64,000 bases of DNA. It comes from an uncultured Candidatus Bathyarchaeia archaeon (lineage in GTDB: Archaea > Thermoproteota > Bathyarchaeia > 40CM-2-53-6). The DNA lies in NCBI GenBank assembly GCA_964394935.1, contig CAYMZN010000001.1:55210-119209 (forward strand). The letters run 5' to 3'. The notes beneath the pieces are model-generated. The model saw nothing but the letters and a program-made list of their open reading frames with translations, did no database searches and had not been told where the DNA came from. Position 1 is the stretch's first letter; every line of letters begins with the position of its first letter. This document shows positions 1 to 10,082 of the stretch, piece after piece. Both the position numbers and the translations under genes were made by a program.

Positions 1-329
1 CTTATCGGCCTCCTTTAGGCTAAGCGCGATCGGTTTTTCGAGAAGCATAGGCACATGAGCTTCACAAGCCAAGACCACATGTTCTGTATGCAACGGTGTA
101 GGTGAAGCGATCACAACGCCGTCCAAACTCTCCTTTTCCAGCATCTGAGCGGGGCTCTCATACGCTCGAATGCCGAACCTTCTCGCAACGGCTAGCGCAA
201 CTCTCTTGATCGGATCCGCCACAGCGATGAGTTCCGCTTTTCTTGCACTGCCCGCAACATTCTCAGCGTGCAACTTGCCTATTCGGCCGACGCCCCAGAC
301 TCCAATTCGAACGCGCTTCATCGAAAGCA
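1..329 (-). CDS. Gfo/Idh/MocA-family NAD(P)-dependent oxidoreductase, N-terminal part (runs off window start)
   Basis: Reverse-complement translation from the ATG at 329 gives MLSMKRVRIGVWGVGRIGKLHAENVAGS...LLEKPIALSLKEADK: a Rossmann GxGxxG plus EKP motif typical of Gfo/Idh/MocA (inositol 2-dehydrogenase-like). Not in the ORF track because it is truncated at the window edge. Confidence 0.6.
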
Positions 330-491
330 TACCTCTTGGCAGCGTTGTTCTCAAATGGTATTTACTTGTTTTCCTGTGCAGTTGTCGAAAGCGAGAACCA
401 ATCGCGATCCCGAGTTATGAGCTAGCGCAGAAATTCAGCGGAGATGATGATAGCCTTATAGCCGAACGAGGCTGAATCTGCCGGTTCCGCC

Positions 492-680
492 TTGAGAATA
501 GACCACGAACTGTGTGTCGAGTGCGGTGCATGCATATCCTACTGTCACCAGAATGCCATATCTACGCGCAATAGCCACGGCGTCATCGAGCTGGATACTT
601 GCGTCGAATGCGAGACCTGTCCGAGAGCTTCTGTCTGCCCAATCGATGCGATAAAGAAGACATCCTTGCTCGCGGCCTAG
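492..680 (+). CDS. small 2x[4Fe-4S] ferredoxin
   Basis: 62 aa with two cysteine clusters, CVECGACISYC and CVECETCPRASVCP. Sits in the divergent gap between the oxidoreductase and the ABC ATPase. Confidence 0.45.
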   Translation: MRIDHELCVECGACISYCHQNAISTRNSHGVIELDTCVECETCPRASVCPIDAIKKTSLLAA

Positions 681-747
681 GGAGATCCGGCGCAAAGGCC
701 TAAAAATAAGCTCTACTTCTGGTGTATGAGCTTGGAGTGAAACGGTT

Positions 748-1839
748 ATGGCCGAAGTGGAGCTGCAACACGTCACCAAACGGTTCGGCACTGTCGAGGC
801 CGTCAAGGATGTCAGCCTAAAAGTCATCGACAAGGAGTTCCTAACACTTCTCGGTCCGTCCGGATGCGGAAAGACAACAGTTCTTAGAATGATATCGGGG
901 TTGGAAACGCCAACTTCCGGCGACATATTCATTGGAGGCAAGAGAGTCAACGATGTCTCGCCCCGTGATCGGGACATAGCGATGGTCTTTCAGAGCTATG
1001 CGCTCTACCCGCACATGACGGTCTACGACAACCTTGCATTTCCCCTCAAGATCAAGAAGAAACGGAAGGATGAGATATCAAAGAGAGTCAAAGAGGCTGC
1101 AACTCTATTGGGCATCGACAAGTACCTGAAGAGGAAGCCCAAAGAGCTCAGCGGAGGTGAGCAGCAGCGCGTCGCACTCGGACGCGCCATCGTGAGGAAC
1201 CCTCAGGTGTTTCTGATGGACGAGCCGCTCTCCAACCTAGACGCCAAGCTAAGAGTTCACATGAGGGCCGAGCTGATTAGGCTTCAGAAGGAGCTCGCTA
1301 CGACGCTCATCTATGTGACCCACGACCAGTTGGAGGCGATGACGATGTCTGACAGGATCGCGATCATAGAGGCTGGCAAGCTCATTCAACTTGATAAACC
1401 CCAGGGCATATACCGGAAGCCAGCCAACCTCTTTGTCGCGGGATTCGTTGGAAGTCCGGCTATGAACTTCTTTGACTGCTCACTCGTCAGCAAGGATGGA
1501 CTCGCAATGCTCGATGCGGGAACTTTCACGTACGAGTTAGATACTGAACTGAGCAAGTTGGTCATCGACGAGGCGACGAGTGGTGAGGCCATTCTGGGAG
1601 TGCGCCCGGCGGACATTGCTATCAGGCTTGAGAAGAGAGAGAACAGCATCCCTGCCGAGGTGTACGTAGTTGAGCCCCTGGGAGACCAACTGTTGGTTGA
1701 CTTTAAGCTGGGCGCCAGCGTCTACAAAGCTTTTGGGCCAGCGGACCTGCGTGCCGGAATAGGAGACAAGGTCTTCATAGAGTTCAACAGAGAGAAGATT
1801 CACATATTCGACAAGAAGACGGAGAGAGCCATCGTCTAG
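748..1839 (+). CDS. sugar ABC transporter ATP-binding protein (MalK/UgpC-like)
   Basis: Walker A GPSGCGKTT, signature LSGGEQQRVALGRA, Walker B FLMDEPLSNLD, and a C-terminal transport-associated regulatory domain. A GGAG-like motif precedes the ATG. Confidence 0.85.
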   Translation: MAEVELQHVTKRFGTVEAVKDVSLKVIDKEFLTLLGPSGCGKTTVLRMISGLETPTSGDIFIGGKRVNDVSPRDRDIAMVFQSYALYPHMTVYDNLAFPLKIKKKRKDEISKRVKEAATLLGIDKYLKRKPKELSGGEQQRVALGRAIVRNPQVFLMDEPLSNLDAKLRVHMRAELIRLQKELATTLIYVTHDQLEAMTMSDRIAIIEAGKLIQLDKPQGIYRKPANLFVAGFVGSPAMNFFDCSLVSKDGLAMLDAGTFTYELDTELSKLVIDEATSGEAILGVRPADIAIRLEKRENSIPAEVYVVEPLGDQLLVDFKLGASVYKAFGPADLRAGIGDKVFIEFNREKIHIFDKKTERAIV

Positions 1840-2106
1840 GATTTCAGCGTCCACACTAACATGCACATTTGATTTCCGTTCCAGAGGCGTATCTCTCTCG
1901 CTGACCGAAAGGCGGGCTCTTCACTCCTGTGACTTGGAGTCCGACTCGGACAGTGCATTCGGGACTTGTTCATCGTGAGCTCGATAGGAAACAATGAAAG
2001 GCGGTCTCGATGTCAGGTTCCTTGCTCATTCGGCAGTCCGAGCATGTGATCTTTCCGATACTGCTGTGAACTAGTGCGGTTTCTTTTTCGGGCAGACCGA
2101 TTGGTC

Positions 2107-2904
2107 TCACAAGAGTGGAGCAATAGCCTTGCCCGTCTGTCGAAACGCCTGCGCTTCATCTGGCTTGAAGATGATCTCTGCAGATACCCATCCCTGATAA
2201 TTTACCTGTTTGAGCGCTCTGAGAACAGCCTCAAAGTCGATGTGCCCTTGTCCAGGTGCACCTCTATTACAGTCGGCTAGGTGCACATGGCCGATGTGTC
2301 GTCCGAACGAACGAATGGACTGAACCGGGGAGTCCTCCTCTATGTTCATGTGGTAAGTATCAGCCAGTATCCTCATCTTGGTCGTGCCAACTCGTGCCAG
2401 CATCCTTGCGCCGTCAGAGAGGGTATGAATCAGATTCGATTCGGCCCGATTCACGGGCTCAAGTAGGAGTTGAACACCTGCCCGATCGGCTAAGCCACAG
2501 ATTTGTCGTAATGTCTGTGACAGTCTATCTTTGCCGCCATTTCTGCCGAGTCTCGCTGAATAGCTACCGCGAATCAGCCCAAGAATCACTGCACAATCAA
2601 GTTCAGAGCCTAAACGAATATATTCGTGAGCTCTCTGAGCGGCGGCCGCACGGATATACTTCCGGTCGTCAAGAAAGCTTAACCCAAATTTTGTGTACGT
2701 CATGCCTGTTCCGAGGGCGGCGAGCTCAAGACCGAGTGCAGCCAGAAGCTTAGCAATCTTTGCGGGGTTCGTCTTTCGTGGGTCATCGATATGAAGCTCG
2801 ACACCATGGAAGCGATTCCTTCGAACTGACTCAAGACGGATCTGTAGCTCACGGTACTTGTGAGGAGAGTCGCCTAACAGCGGCAAAGCTATTCCAAGTT
2901 TCAA
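2107..2904 (-). CDS. sugar phosphate isomerase/epimerase (xylose isomerase-like TIM barrel)
   Basis: 265 aa in an AP-endonuclease-2 / xylose-isomerase-like barrel pattern (HVHLADCNRGAPGQGHIDF, LEPVNR). Apparent TTG start. Confidence 0.7.
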   Translation of the reverse strand: MKLGIALPLLGDSPHKYRELQIRLESVRRNRFHGVELHIDDPRKTNPAKIAKLLAALGLELAALGTGMTYTKFGLSFLDDRKYIRAAAAQRAHEYIRLGSELDCAVILGLIRGSYSARLGRNGGKDRLSQTLRQICGLADRAGVQLLLEPVNRAESNLIHTLSDGARMLARVGTTKMRILADTYHMNIEEDSPVQSIRSFGRHIGHVHLADCNRGAPGQGHIDFEAVLRALKQVNYQGWVSAEIIFKPDEAQAFRQTGKAIAPLL

Positions 2905-2957
2905 AGTTCAAGCTTCTCCTTCGTTCGCCGGAACGAGTGAGATGACTCCTCTCTTAT

Positions 2958-3400
2958 ATGCTCCGACATGTGGGAACTTTTGGGTATCGTGACAATAAGG
3001 CGTACCTAACAGACGAACTCGTGAGGAAGATAATGAGCCTCGTTAGAGACGTTAGGCGGGATATGGTCTTCACTCATTTATGCAAGGACTATAACCCGGA
3101 CCATCTGGCGGGGTCTGAAGCAACCGTATTGGTGGTCTTCAATGCCAGCAATCTCAAGTACGTGACAGACAGGCCGTCAGTGTCGCCAGAACGATATATG
3201 CACACACGATCTTTGGGCGGGATTTGGGGCCGGATTTCTGGCTTGATATCAGAGATACCATCGAGATCAAGCTGAGAGCGCTCGCGTCTCATGGGTCACA
3301 AATGACATTTCTTCGGAATTTCTCAAGCCAGCGTTGGGCGGACGCTTGTAGAAAATGCTGGGATATTTGCCGCATATCCGGGGGCTTCAGTCAAGCGTAA
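2958..3400 (+). pseudogene. PIG-L/LmbE-family deacetylase remnant (N-terminally truncated, frameshifted)
   Basis: The frame starting at 2958 has the mid-protein HPDH motif (YNPDHLAGSEA). A second frame from about 3245 carries the C-terminal K..A..H.SQ motif (IEIKLRALASHGSQ). The N-terminal HPDDE Rossmann part is absent because a minus-strand gene lies immediately upstream. Confidence 0.45.
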
Positions 3401-3662
3401 GCCACGCTGAAGCATTCGGGCTGGTCAAGAAAAGCGGATAGAACTTTGCATCCGGTATTCGCGCAATAGAACGGATACCAAAACAGTTTGTCGTGGATCT
3501 TGCGACTGCATTACGATACAGGATGCTCGTAGACTTGATAGTCTGCAAGTGTTAGAAGTGATCTGTGAATTTAAAGGAAGAAGATTAATAGAGGTCGCCC
3601 TGTACGTGGGCGCGTGGTTGATTGGATTGGCAAATTGGAAGCTTCCGCCTGATGGCGGCCAC

Positions 3663-4598
3663 ATGGAGAAGCCTTCGAGGATCTACTTCCAAAACATGAC
3701 CATGTCGGACATAAAGGAGAGGCTGAAGAAGAATGACCTGATAATCATTCCAGTGGGTTCAACTGAAAACCACGGTCCCCACGCTCCTGTTGGAGAGGAC
3801 ACGTTTCTAGTAACACGAATGGCTGAGCTTGTCGCCCAGAAAACGGGTTGTACTGTAGCACAGCCCTACTGGTATGGGTCCCATCCGTATCATCACTTGG
3901 GAATGCCGGGAACGGTGGTGGTGGACGATGACGATTTCAAGGCAACCCTACGAGCGGTCATGGCGGGCCTCTGGAACACAGGATTCAGGAAGCAGATCCT
4001 GCTCAACGGACACGGCCAGGAATACGTGATACCGTCGGCAATACATCAGTTCGCAAAGAAGTATCAGGTGCCAGGCGTTTTCGTCAACCTGAACTGGTAC
4101 CATGCGATTCCGCAGTGGTGTAAGGATAAACAGGGCGGCGGGCCATTCGACACGCCCTTCATACACGCTGATGAAGCGGAAACTTCTTTCAGCCTCGCGC
4201 TGTTCCCGGAGCTGTTCCAAATGGAGAAGGCTGTAGACACGAAACCCTATGGTTTCCTAGCGGATCAGGCGAGGCACGTTGACAAGGCAGGCAACCTATA
4301 CCAAAGACCGATAAACTGGTATGGGCATGTGGGTCTGGGCCCCATGGAAGTGTTTGCCTATCCTCCAGGGGTCGTCGGGAGAGCAACACTCGCGAAGGCC
4401 GAGAAGGCTTTCAAAGGGATCGAATCCCTGCTTGACTACATGGTGGAACTCCACAACGCGATTATGGAGAAGTTCCCGGCTGGACAGCTCCCTCCGATGG
4501 AGCAGGTCACGCAGAGGAGAAGAGAGGACGTAGAGGCCGTCGTGAAAGGACCGCTCAACGGAGGCAGGCACATCTACACACTAGCCTATCCTCCATAG
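3663..4598 (+). CDS. creatininase-family amidohydrolase
   Basis: LIIIPVGSTENHGPHAPVGEDT matches the creatininase/ArfB-family metal-binding N-terminus. Start chosen at the ATG at 3663; the ORF track extends to 3549. Confidence 0.65.
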   Translation: MEKPSRIYFQNMTMSDIKERLKKNDLIIIPVGSTENHGPHAPVGEDTFLVTRMAELVAQKTGCTVAQPYWYGSHPYHHLGMPGTVVVDDDDFKATLRAVMAGLWNTGFRKQILLNGHGQEYVIPSAIHQFAKKYQVPGVFVNLNWYHAIPQWCKDKQGGGPFDTPFIHADEAETSFSLALFPELFQMEKAVDTKPYGFLADQARHVDKAGNLYQRPINWYGHVGLGPMEVFAYPPGVVGRATLAKAEKAFKGIESLLDYMVELHNAIMEKFPAGQLPPMEQVTQRRREDVEAVVKGPLNGGRHIYTLAYPP

Positions 4599-4739
4599 CG
4601 GCAAACCCTAAGACCCGTTTTCTAGGCAGATTTCGAAGCCTCAGCAAGCAATTCATCTAGTCTATCTTTGACACCGGCGGGCGGAGGGGAAGACCATTGA
4701 TCCTTGAGGACGACTGGCTCTTCTCACGTGCCCTCGATG

Positions 4740-5496
4740 CTAAGTCTTTTCCGCCATTTTTCTTCCGGTGTGCCCAGTCCCATCTGTCCATGATGCTGAA
4801 AAGCAGATGTTCTTTCGGGAAATGAGCCAGCGTGTGTCAAGGGCCAGAGTATCCTCGCCTACTCGGATTCCTTCTATGATTCTGTGCGTGGCTGCCGCGA
4901 TCTCGTCAGCTATGACGGGATGCGCGAGGGATTCACCCCGGTCCACCCCCAGCTGTCCGACCGTTCCGCCCGGGTTGGCACCCCAGAGCGCGACCTTCGG
5001 GCGGGAATGGTTCAACTTGCACGGTCGCATGGACTGCCCACAGCCGCAAACTCGGGAACAACTGACTTTAAGGCTGTTGACTCTCAGTAGGGCTTCGACA
5101 CGGACCTAAGGATGAGCCGTAGCATCCGTAGACGCAGGGCGTAAAAGCGTCGAGGAGCTGCGCAAGCGCAATACTCGCAAGAACCTCGGCGTTGCCAAGC
5201 GAAAGCGTTCCCGCGAACATGACCGGGGGCACGTATCTGCGGAGGCGTCTCCTGGGGAGTCGCCCAGCAACCTGTACCCGGCGCACCGAGCAGGTGGATG
5301 TTCCTCAACCCATCCATGAGTCGAGTGCCGTTCTACAAATCGCCAACGTAGCGGTCCTCCTTGTCTTGAGCAGGTAGTCAATCACATAGATCTGACCCCA
5401 GCCGCCCTCTTGTGGATTCCATCGCCGCCGACGGGCACGTCGTTGTCCCGGTTTCCGGCGCATTGAATGTACTTTGAGGGGGCTTTTTTCAAGCAA
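4740..5496 (-). pseudogene. MttB-family (trimethylamine/glycine-betaine:corrinoid) methyltransferase remnant, multiply frameshifted
   Basis: Minus-strand fragments in three frames: MFAGTLSLGNAEVLASIALAQLLDAFTPCVYG, similar to the MttB ANAE.LAGI.L.QL region, and HPVIADEIAAATHRIIEGIRVGEDTLALD, similar to the MttB C-terminal DNEI..GIEV..ETLALD region. Their order on the strand is consistent with a single decayed gene. Confidence 0.4.
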
Positions 5497-5560
5497 GATC
5501 TTAGCAAGCTCCGTGGTGTCCTCCCAATTTGTCTCCGAAATTCAACCGCATGAGAGTTCG

Positions 5561-6856
5561 TCAGTCGTAGTACTCGAGGCCGAGGTGGGTGATCAATTCT
5601 TCTCCACGTAGATACCTCAACGTATTCTTCAGCTTCATCAATTGGATGAACAAGTCGTGTTCGGGATAAAGACCAGGCGGGGTCATCGGGCTCTTAAAGT
5701 AGAAGCTGAGCCATTCCTGGATTCCCTTCATGCCGCTGCGCTGCGCAAGATCTAGGAAAAGCGCCAAGTCTAGCACGATTGGCGCAGCTAGGATGGAATC
5801 GCGGCAGAGGAAGTTTATTTTGAGCTGCATCGGGTACCCGAGCCATCCGAAGATGTCGATGTTGTCCCAGCCTTCCTTATTATCACCTCTCGGAGGATAG
5901 TAGTCTATTCTCACCTGGTGCCGGATATTTCCGTACAAGTCCGGATACATGTCGGGCTGAAGTATGTACTGCAGGACGCCCAGCTTGGACTCTTCCTTCG
6001 TCTTGAAACTCTCCGGGTCATCCAGCACCTCGCCATCCCGGTTGCCTAGAATGTTGGTGGAGTACCATCCGCGGAGGCCGAGCATGCGCGCCTTGAAACC
6101 TGGCGCAACTATCGTTTTCATTAGTGTCTGGCCGGTCTTGAGATCTTTCCCTGCAATGGGGACTTTGTTTTGCTTGGCCAGATCAATCAGGGCGGGTATG
6201 TCGACACAGAGGTTCGGAGCCGCGTTCGCGAACGGAACTCCGGTGACCAGAGATGCATAGGCGTAGATCATTGACGGAGAGATCTCTGGTGAATTGTCTT
6301 CTAGTGCCTTCTCGAAGGCCGTAAGGTTCTCGTGTTCTGGCTTAACGATCGTGTGCGCCTCTGTGGAGCCGCAGCAGATCATCACGAGCCTCGATGCGCC
6401 CGTCCTCGTCTTGAACTCTTTGATGTCCGCCACTATCTGATCTGCGAGATCTTTCTTGTTGCAGCCAACCTTCACATGCGTCCCAGTGAGACGCCTCACC
6501 CATCTCTGCTCAAAGGCACCTTTCATCGGCTTGATATCCCGAAGCGGTGTCTCTAGACTCTTCAGCAATGCTGGATCAAGAACAGCGGCTTTCGACGCAG
6601 CCATGAATGCATCGTCAGGGAAAATGTCCCAGGCGCCAAAGACAAGGTCACGGATGTCCGCCAGTGGCACGAAGTCCTTGATGAGGGGGCTCCTCTTCTC
6701 AGTTCGCTTTCCAAGCCTTATCGTTGCCATCTGAGTCAGACTGCCGAATGGCTTTGCAAGTCCAAACTTTACTGCTTCGACGCCAGCGATCAACGTCGTG
6801 CTGACAGCTCCGAGACCAACAAGCATCACGCCCAGCTTTCCTGTGGGCTGACTCAT
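5561..6856 (-). CDS. myo-inositol-1-phosphate synthase (inositol-3-phosphate synthase family)
   Basis: About 430 aa in an archaeal-type MIPS pattern (VMLVGLGAVSTTLIAG, RIDYYPPRGDNKEGWDNIDIFGWLGYP). Start set at the internal ATG (MSQPTGK); the upstream extension in the ORF track is unlikely. Confidence 0.75.
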   Translation of the reverse strand: MSQPTGKLGVMLVGLGAVSTTLIAGVEAVKFGLAKPFGSLTQMATIRLGKRTEKRSPLIKDFVPLADIRDLVFGAWDIFPDDAFMAASKAAVLDPALLKSLETPLRDIKPMKGAFEQRWVRRLTGTHVKVGCNKKDLADQIVADIKEFKTRTGASRLVMICCGSTEAHTIVKPEHENLTAFEKALEDNSPEISPSMIYAYASLVTGVPFANAAPNLCVDIPALIDLAKQNKVPIAGKDLKTGQTLMKTIVAPGFKARMLGLRGWYSTNILGNRDGEVLDDPESFKTKEESKLGVLQYILQPDMYPDLYGNIRHQVRIDYYPPRGDNKEGWDNIDIFGWLGYPMQLKINFLCRDSILAAPIVLDLALFLDLAQRSGMKGIQEWLSFYFKSPMTPPGLYPEHDLFIQLMKLKNTLRYLRGEELITHLGLEYYD

Positions 6857-7225
6857 GTCTACGCCCTTTCCCAACTCGCCGCACCTGTGATGTTCAAGCG
6901 AAGCGATATGTCGCCATAGTTCACCTTTGCGGTTCGAGTACTTCCTATACGCCAGGTCGGCTGATACTCGAGAAGCGTCACGTGATGTTAACCTGGCGCC
7001 TGGTTCCGAATGCCCAGTCGTGAATAGCCGCGCAATTGTTCCTACCGGATCGCAATTCTCCCCTTTTTCAAGTGTTCTCGTGAGACTCGTGACCGCAACG
7101 AGTATCATGATGATGCTCTGTGAGACGTAAGCATCCCAGAAGCACTGGAACCAACCGTGAGCTTCCTAAACCTAAAATGCGAACTAGGATACCCCCTAAG
7201 GAGACGGGCATTGCAAAGAAAAACC

Positions 7226-8266
7226 ATGAGAGCGGTCCAGTTCTACGAGCCTGGAGTGCTGAAACTGGAACAAGTTGAGCTGCCGATGATAGGTCCGGAT
7301 GAGATACTGGTCAAGACCGCAGTCACCTTGACGTGTGGCACAGACCTGAAGATGTACAAGAGGGGCCACCCGTTGGCCAAGCCTCCTCTCATCATTGGTC
7401 ATGAGTTCGCCGGCGTTGTCGCCCAGGTTGGCGACAATGTTCAGAAGTTCAGGGAAGGCATGAGGGTTGTGGCGGCAAATTCTGCTCCCTGCAATACCTG
7501 CTTCTTCTGCAAGAGAGGCAGACAGAACCTCTGCGAGCACCTCGATGAGAACGTCATAGGCTTTTCGTGGCCCGGTGCCTATGCCGAGTATGTTCGTGTG
7601 CCACCCCACATCGTGAAACAGAACACCCTTGAGATTCCGAGTCACATTTCTTTCAAGGAAGCGGCGTTGGTAGAGCCTCTCGCCTGCGTTGTCCATGGCA
7701 AGGAAGCGGCCGAAATGGGCATTGGAGACACTGTCGTTGTTATCGGAGCTGGCCCGATAGGGCTCCTTCATCTCCAACTTGCAAAGAAGAGTGCAGGAAC
7801 CGTCATCGTTTCTGACCTTTCAAAACGAAGACTTGAGGCTGCACAAGACATTGGGGCAGATCATGTGATAGAAGCAGGTCAGGAGGACCAAGTCAAGAGA
7901 GTTAAGGAGTTGACAGGCCGAAGAGGAGCAGATATCGTGATAGAGGCTGCGGGCACGCCTGAGACCTGGGAGAAAGCGGTGGCGATGACTAGGCGAGGCG
8001 GCGTCGCGCTGCTCTTTGGAGGATGCAGATCAGGCACTAGTATCTCGATCGATACGGATGTGGTGCACTATGGCGAGCTGACCATTAGAGGAGCCTTTCA
8101 CCACACGCCTTCGTGCGTCGAAAAAGCGCTCAATTTGATCTCTTCAGGGATTGTGAAGGCCGAGCACCTGGTCAGCCGGGAGATGCCACTAGCCGAGGTC
8201 TCCGCAGCCTTGGAGCTGATGGCTCAAGGTCAAGCGGTAAAGGTCGCTATCCGCCCGGATCTTTGA
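7226..8266 (+). CDS. Zn-dependent alcohol/polyol dehydrogenase (MDR family)
   Basis: GHEFAGVV and zinc-ligand Cys motifs, plus NAD-binding VVVIGAGPIGL. Confidence 0.8.
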   Translation: MRAVQFYEPGVLKLEQVELPMIGPDEILVKTAVTLTCGTDLKMYKRGHPLAKPPLIIGHEFAGVVAQVGDNVQKFREGMRVVAANSAPCNTCFFCKRGRQNLCEHLDENVIGFSWPGAYAEYVRVPPHIVKQNTLEIPSHISFKEAALVEPLACVVHGKEAAEMGIGDTVVVIGAGPIGLLHLQLAKKSAGTVIVSDLSKRRLEAAQDIGADHVIEAGQEDQVKRVKELTGRRGADIVIEAAGTPETWEKAVAMTRRGGVALLFGGCRSGTSISIDTDVVHYGELTIRGAFHHTPSCVEKALNLISSGIVKAEHLVSREMPLAEVSAALELMAQGQAVKVAIRPDL

Positions 8267-8342
8267 ACCGTGGTGTCATACATATCGAATCGATTAGCGA
8301 TGCCGACAGCGGAACGAAAGCTGCGGAATCCGAGATTTACTA

Positions 8343-8768
8343 ATGCTTAACAACCAGCTGACCAACTCGACATTCGAAGCGGGCAAGATCATGTATGTCG
8401 TGAACCTGGACCAAAAGATGCAGTTCGAGGTCTTGTCAAAAGCAGGCGCAGAGAAGGTGAGGGTGAAGTATCTCATCCACAAGGCAGCGGGCGCGGAGAA
8501 GTTCTTTCTGCGCTACTACTCAGTCGAGAAGGGAGGGCACACGCCCCTGAATAAGCATGCGGCCGAGCATGAAGTCTTCATTATGAAAGGCAAAGGCCGT
8601 CTAGTTGGAAGCGAACGAGAATACGATGTAGGGCCCGGAGATGCGATTTTCATTGGTTCATATGAACTTCATCAATTTGTCAACACCGAGACTGAACCCC
8701 TAGAATTCCTCTGTGTCAGAGGAGCTGATGAACTGTACACAGCCGAAAAACGTGCCTCGTCAGAATGA
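8343..8768 (+). CDS. cupin-domain protein
   Basis: HEVFIMKGKGRLV...PGDAIFI cupin motifs. A paralogous, disrupted copy lies at 29082..29465. Confidence 0.6.
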   Translation: MLNNQLTNSTFEAGKIMYVVNLDQKMQFEVLSKAGAEKVRVKYLIHKAAGAEKFFLRYYSVEKGGHTPLNKHAAEHEVFIMKGKGRLVGSEREYDVGPGDAIFIGSYELHQFVNTETEPLEFLCVRGADELYTAEKRASSE

Positions 8769-8816
8769 GGGACTCACGCCACGGCTGGATCTTCGACTCG
8801 TCCTCCTCGTCTCTTG

Positions 8817-9863
8817 TCACCCTGACAGAACAACGACCTTCAGAGAGTCCTTGGCCTCGGCCGCGCACCGAATAGCCTCAGCAGTGTCTTCGAGCCTAAA
8901 CCTATGCGTTATGATGGAAGTTAGGTCTATTCTTCCTGAGGTCATTAGCTCGAGCGCCGCGTTTGTCTCCAACTCAGTCGTCGAGTAGCTAGGGACTATT
9001 GAAATCTCATTCAGAAAGACCTTGCTGACATCGTATGAAAGCATCGCACCTCTATGCGGCGCACCGAAGAGAATGACGGCTCCACCTTTTCTCACCAAGT
9101 CAATTGCTTGAAGTATTGCATCGGGTGCCCCGACGGAGACAATCACACCGTCGGCTCCCCTGCCACCGGTCTCTTCTCTTACGCGTTCGACCATGTCCTC
9201 ACTTCTAGGATTGAAGACAGCCGTGGCTCCAAGCTTTCTTGCCGCGTCTAGCCTGAATCCAGCGATGTCACTTGCGAAAACCCTACCCGCTCCGAAGATC
9301 GTCAGAAGCCGAATGTGGGTTAGTCCTATCGGTCCGCAACCAACCACCATGAAGTCATCCCCCGGCCTAATGCGAGCCTTCGACAGCCCTCTGATACAGC
9401 AAGCCGTTGGCTCAATGAGTGTTGCTTCCTCGTCGGAGATTTTGGAAGGCAGATTGAGAACTGCACCCCGCTCGACGCTCGTTCGAGGCACCTTGAAGTA
9501 TTCGGCGAAGCCGCAAGGCTCGATGGTTGTGTTGGCAAAACTCGCGCACATCGTGTGATCTCCACGCCTACAATAGTGGCACACATAGCACGGAACATGG
9601 TGATGCACGAATACGCGGTCACCAGCATGAAAGCCCTCAACTTCTTCCCCGACGTCAGTGATTCTCCCAACGGCCTCGTGGCCCAACATCGGAGGAGTGA
9701 TGTGGAGGCCTCGAACCTTTTCGATATCTGTGCCGCATACTCCACAGGCTCGCATCTTCACAAGAACATCGCCCGGACCTACACTAGGAATCGGTCGATC
9801 CTCAATCCGCACCATGTTTGGCTGTACAACAAATGCGGCCTTCATCATAACCTGCCCAACCAA
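8817..9863 (-). CDS. Zn-dependent alcohol dehydrogenase (threonine/sorbitol dehydrogenase-like)
   Basis: CGVCGTDIEKVRG, GHEAVG and CxxCxxC structural zinc motifs, plus VVGCGPIGL. Confidence 0.8.
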   Translation of the reverse strand: MVGQVMMKAAFVVQPNMVRIEDRPIPSVGPGDVLVKMRACGVCGTDIEKVRGLHITPPMLGHEAVGRITDVGEEVEGFHAGDRVFVHHHVPCYVCHYCRRGDHTMCASFANTTIEPCGFAEYFKVPRTSVERGAVLNLPSKISDEEATLIEPTACCIRGLSKARIRPGDDFMVVGCGPIGLTHIRLLTIFGAGRVFASDIAGFRLDAARKLGATAVFNPRSEDMVERVREETGGRGADGVIVSVGAPDAILQAIDLVRKGGAVILFGAPHRGAMLSYDVSKVFLNEISIVPSYSTTELETNAALELMTSGRIDLTSIITHRFRLEDTAEAIRCAAEAKDSLKVVVLSG

Positions 9864-10082
9864 ATTAGCGAAGTCGCCATATAACTTCCATCGGAGCCAA
9901 GAAGGAAATCCAAGGTGAGTCGAATCAAGAACACCTTGATGTTGGGCGAAGTCGAAGTCTGTGAGGCCTACTTGCCATCGATCGCGGGACGGAAGGACCT
10001 ACTCCAACTAGGCAACACGGAGGAGCTTCGGTTCTACACGCATGGGAACCTCCCACCCCTCCAATTCTTCCATGTACATCGG

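Noticed and set aside
456-977. 173-aa minus-strand ORF
   Set aside because: It lies antisense to the ferredoxin ORF and to the 5' end of the well-supported ABC ATPase gene and has no motif. It is most likely a spurious frame.
2256-2753. 165-aa plus-strand ORF inside the sugar-phosphate isomerase gene
   Set aside because: It is antisense to a gene with clear family signatures, and its composition is typical of a shadow ORF.
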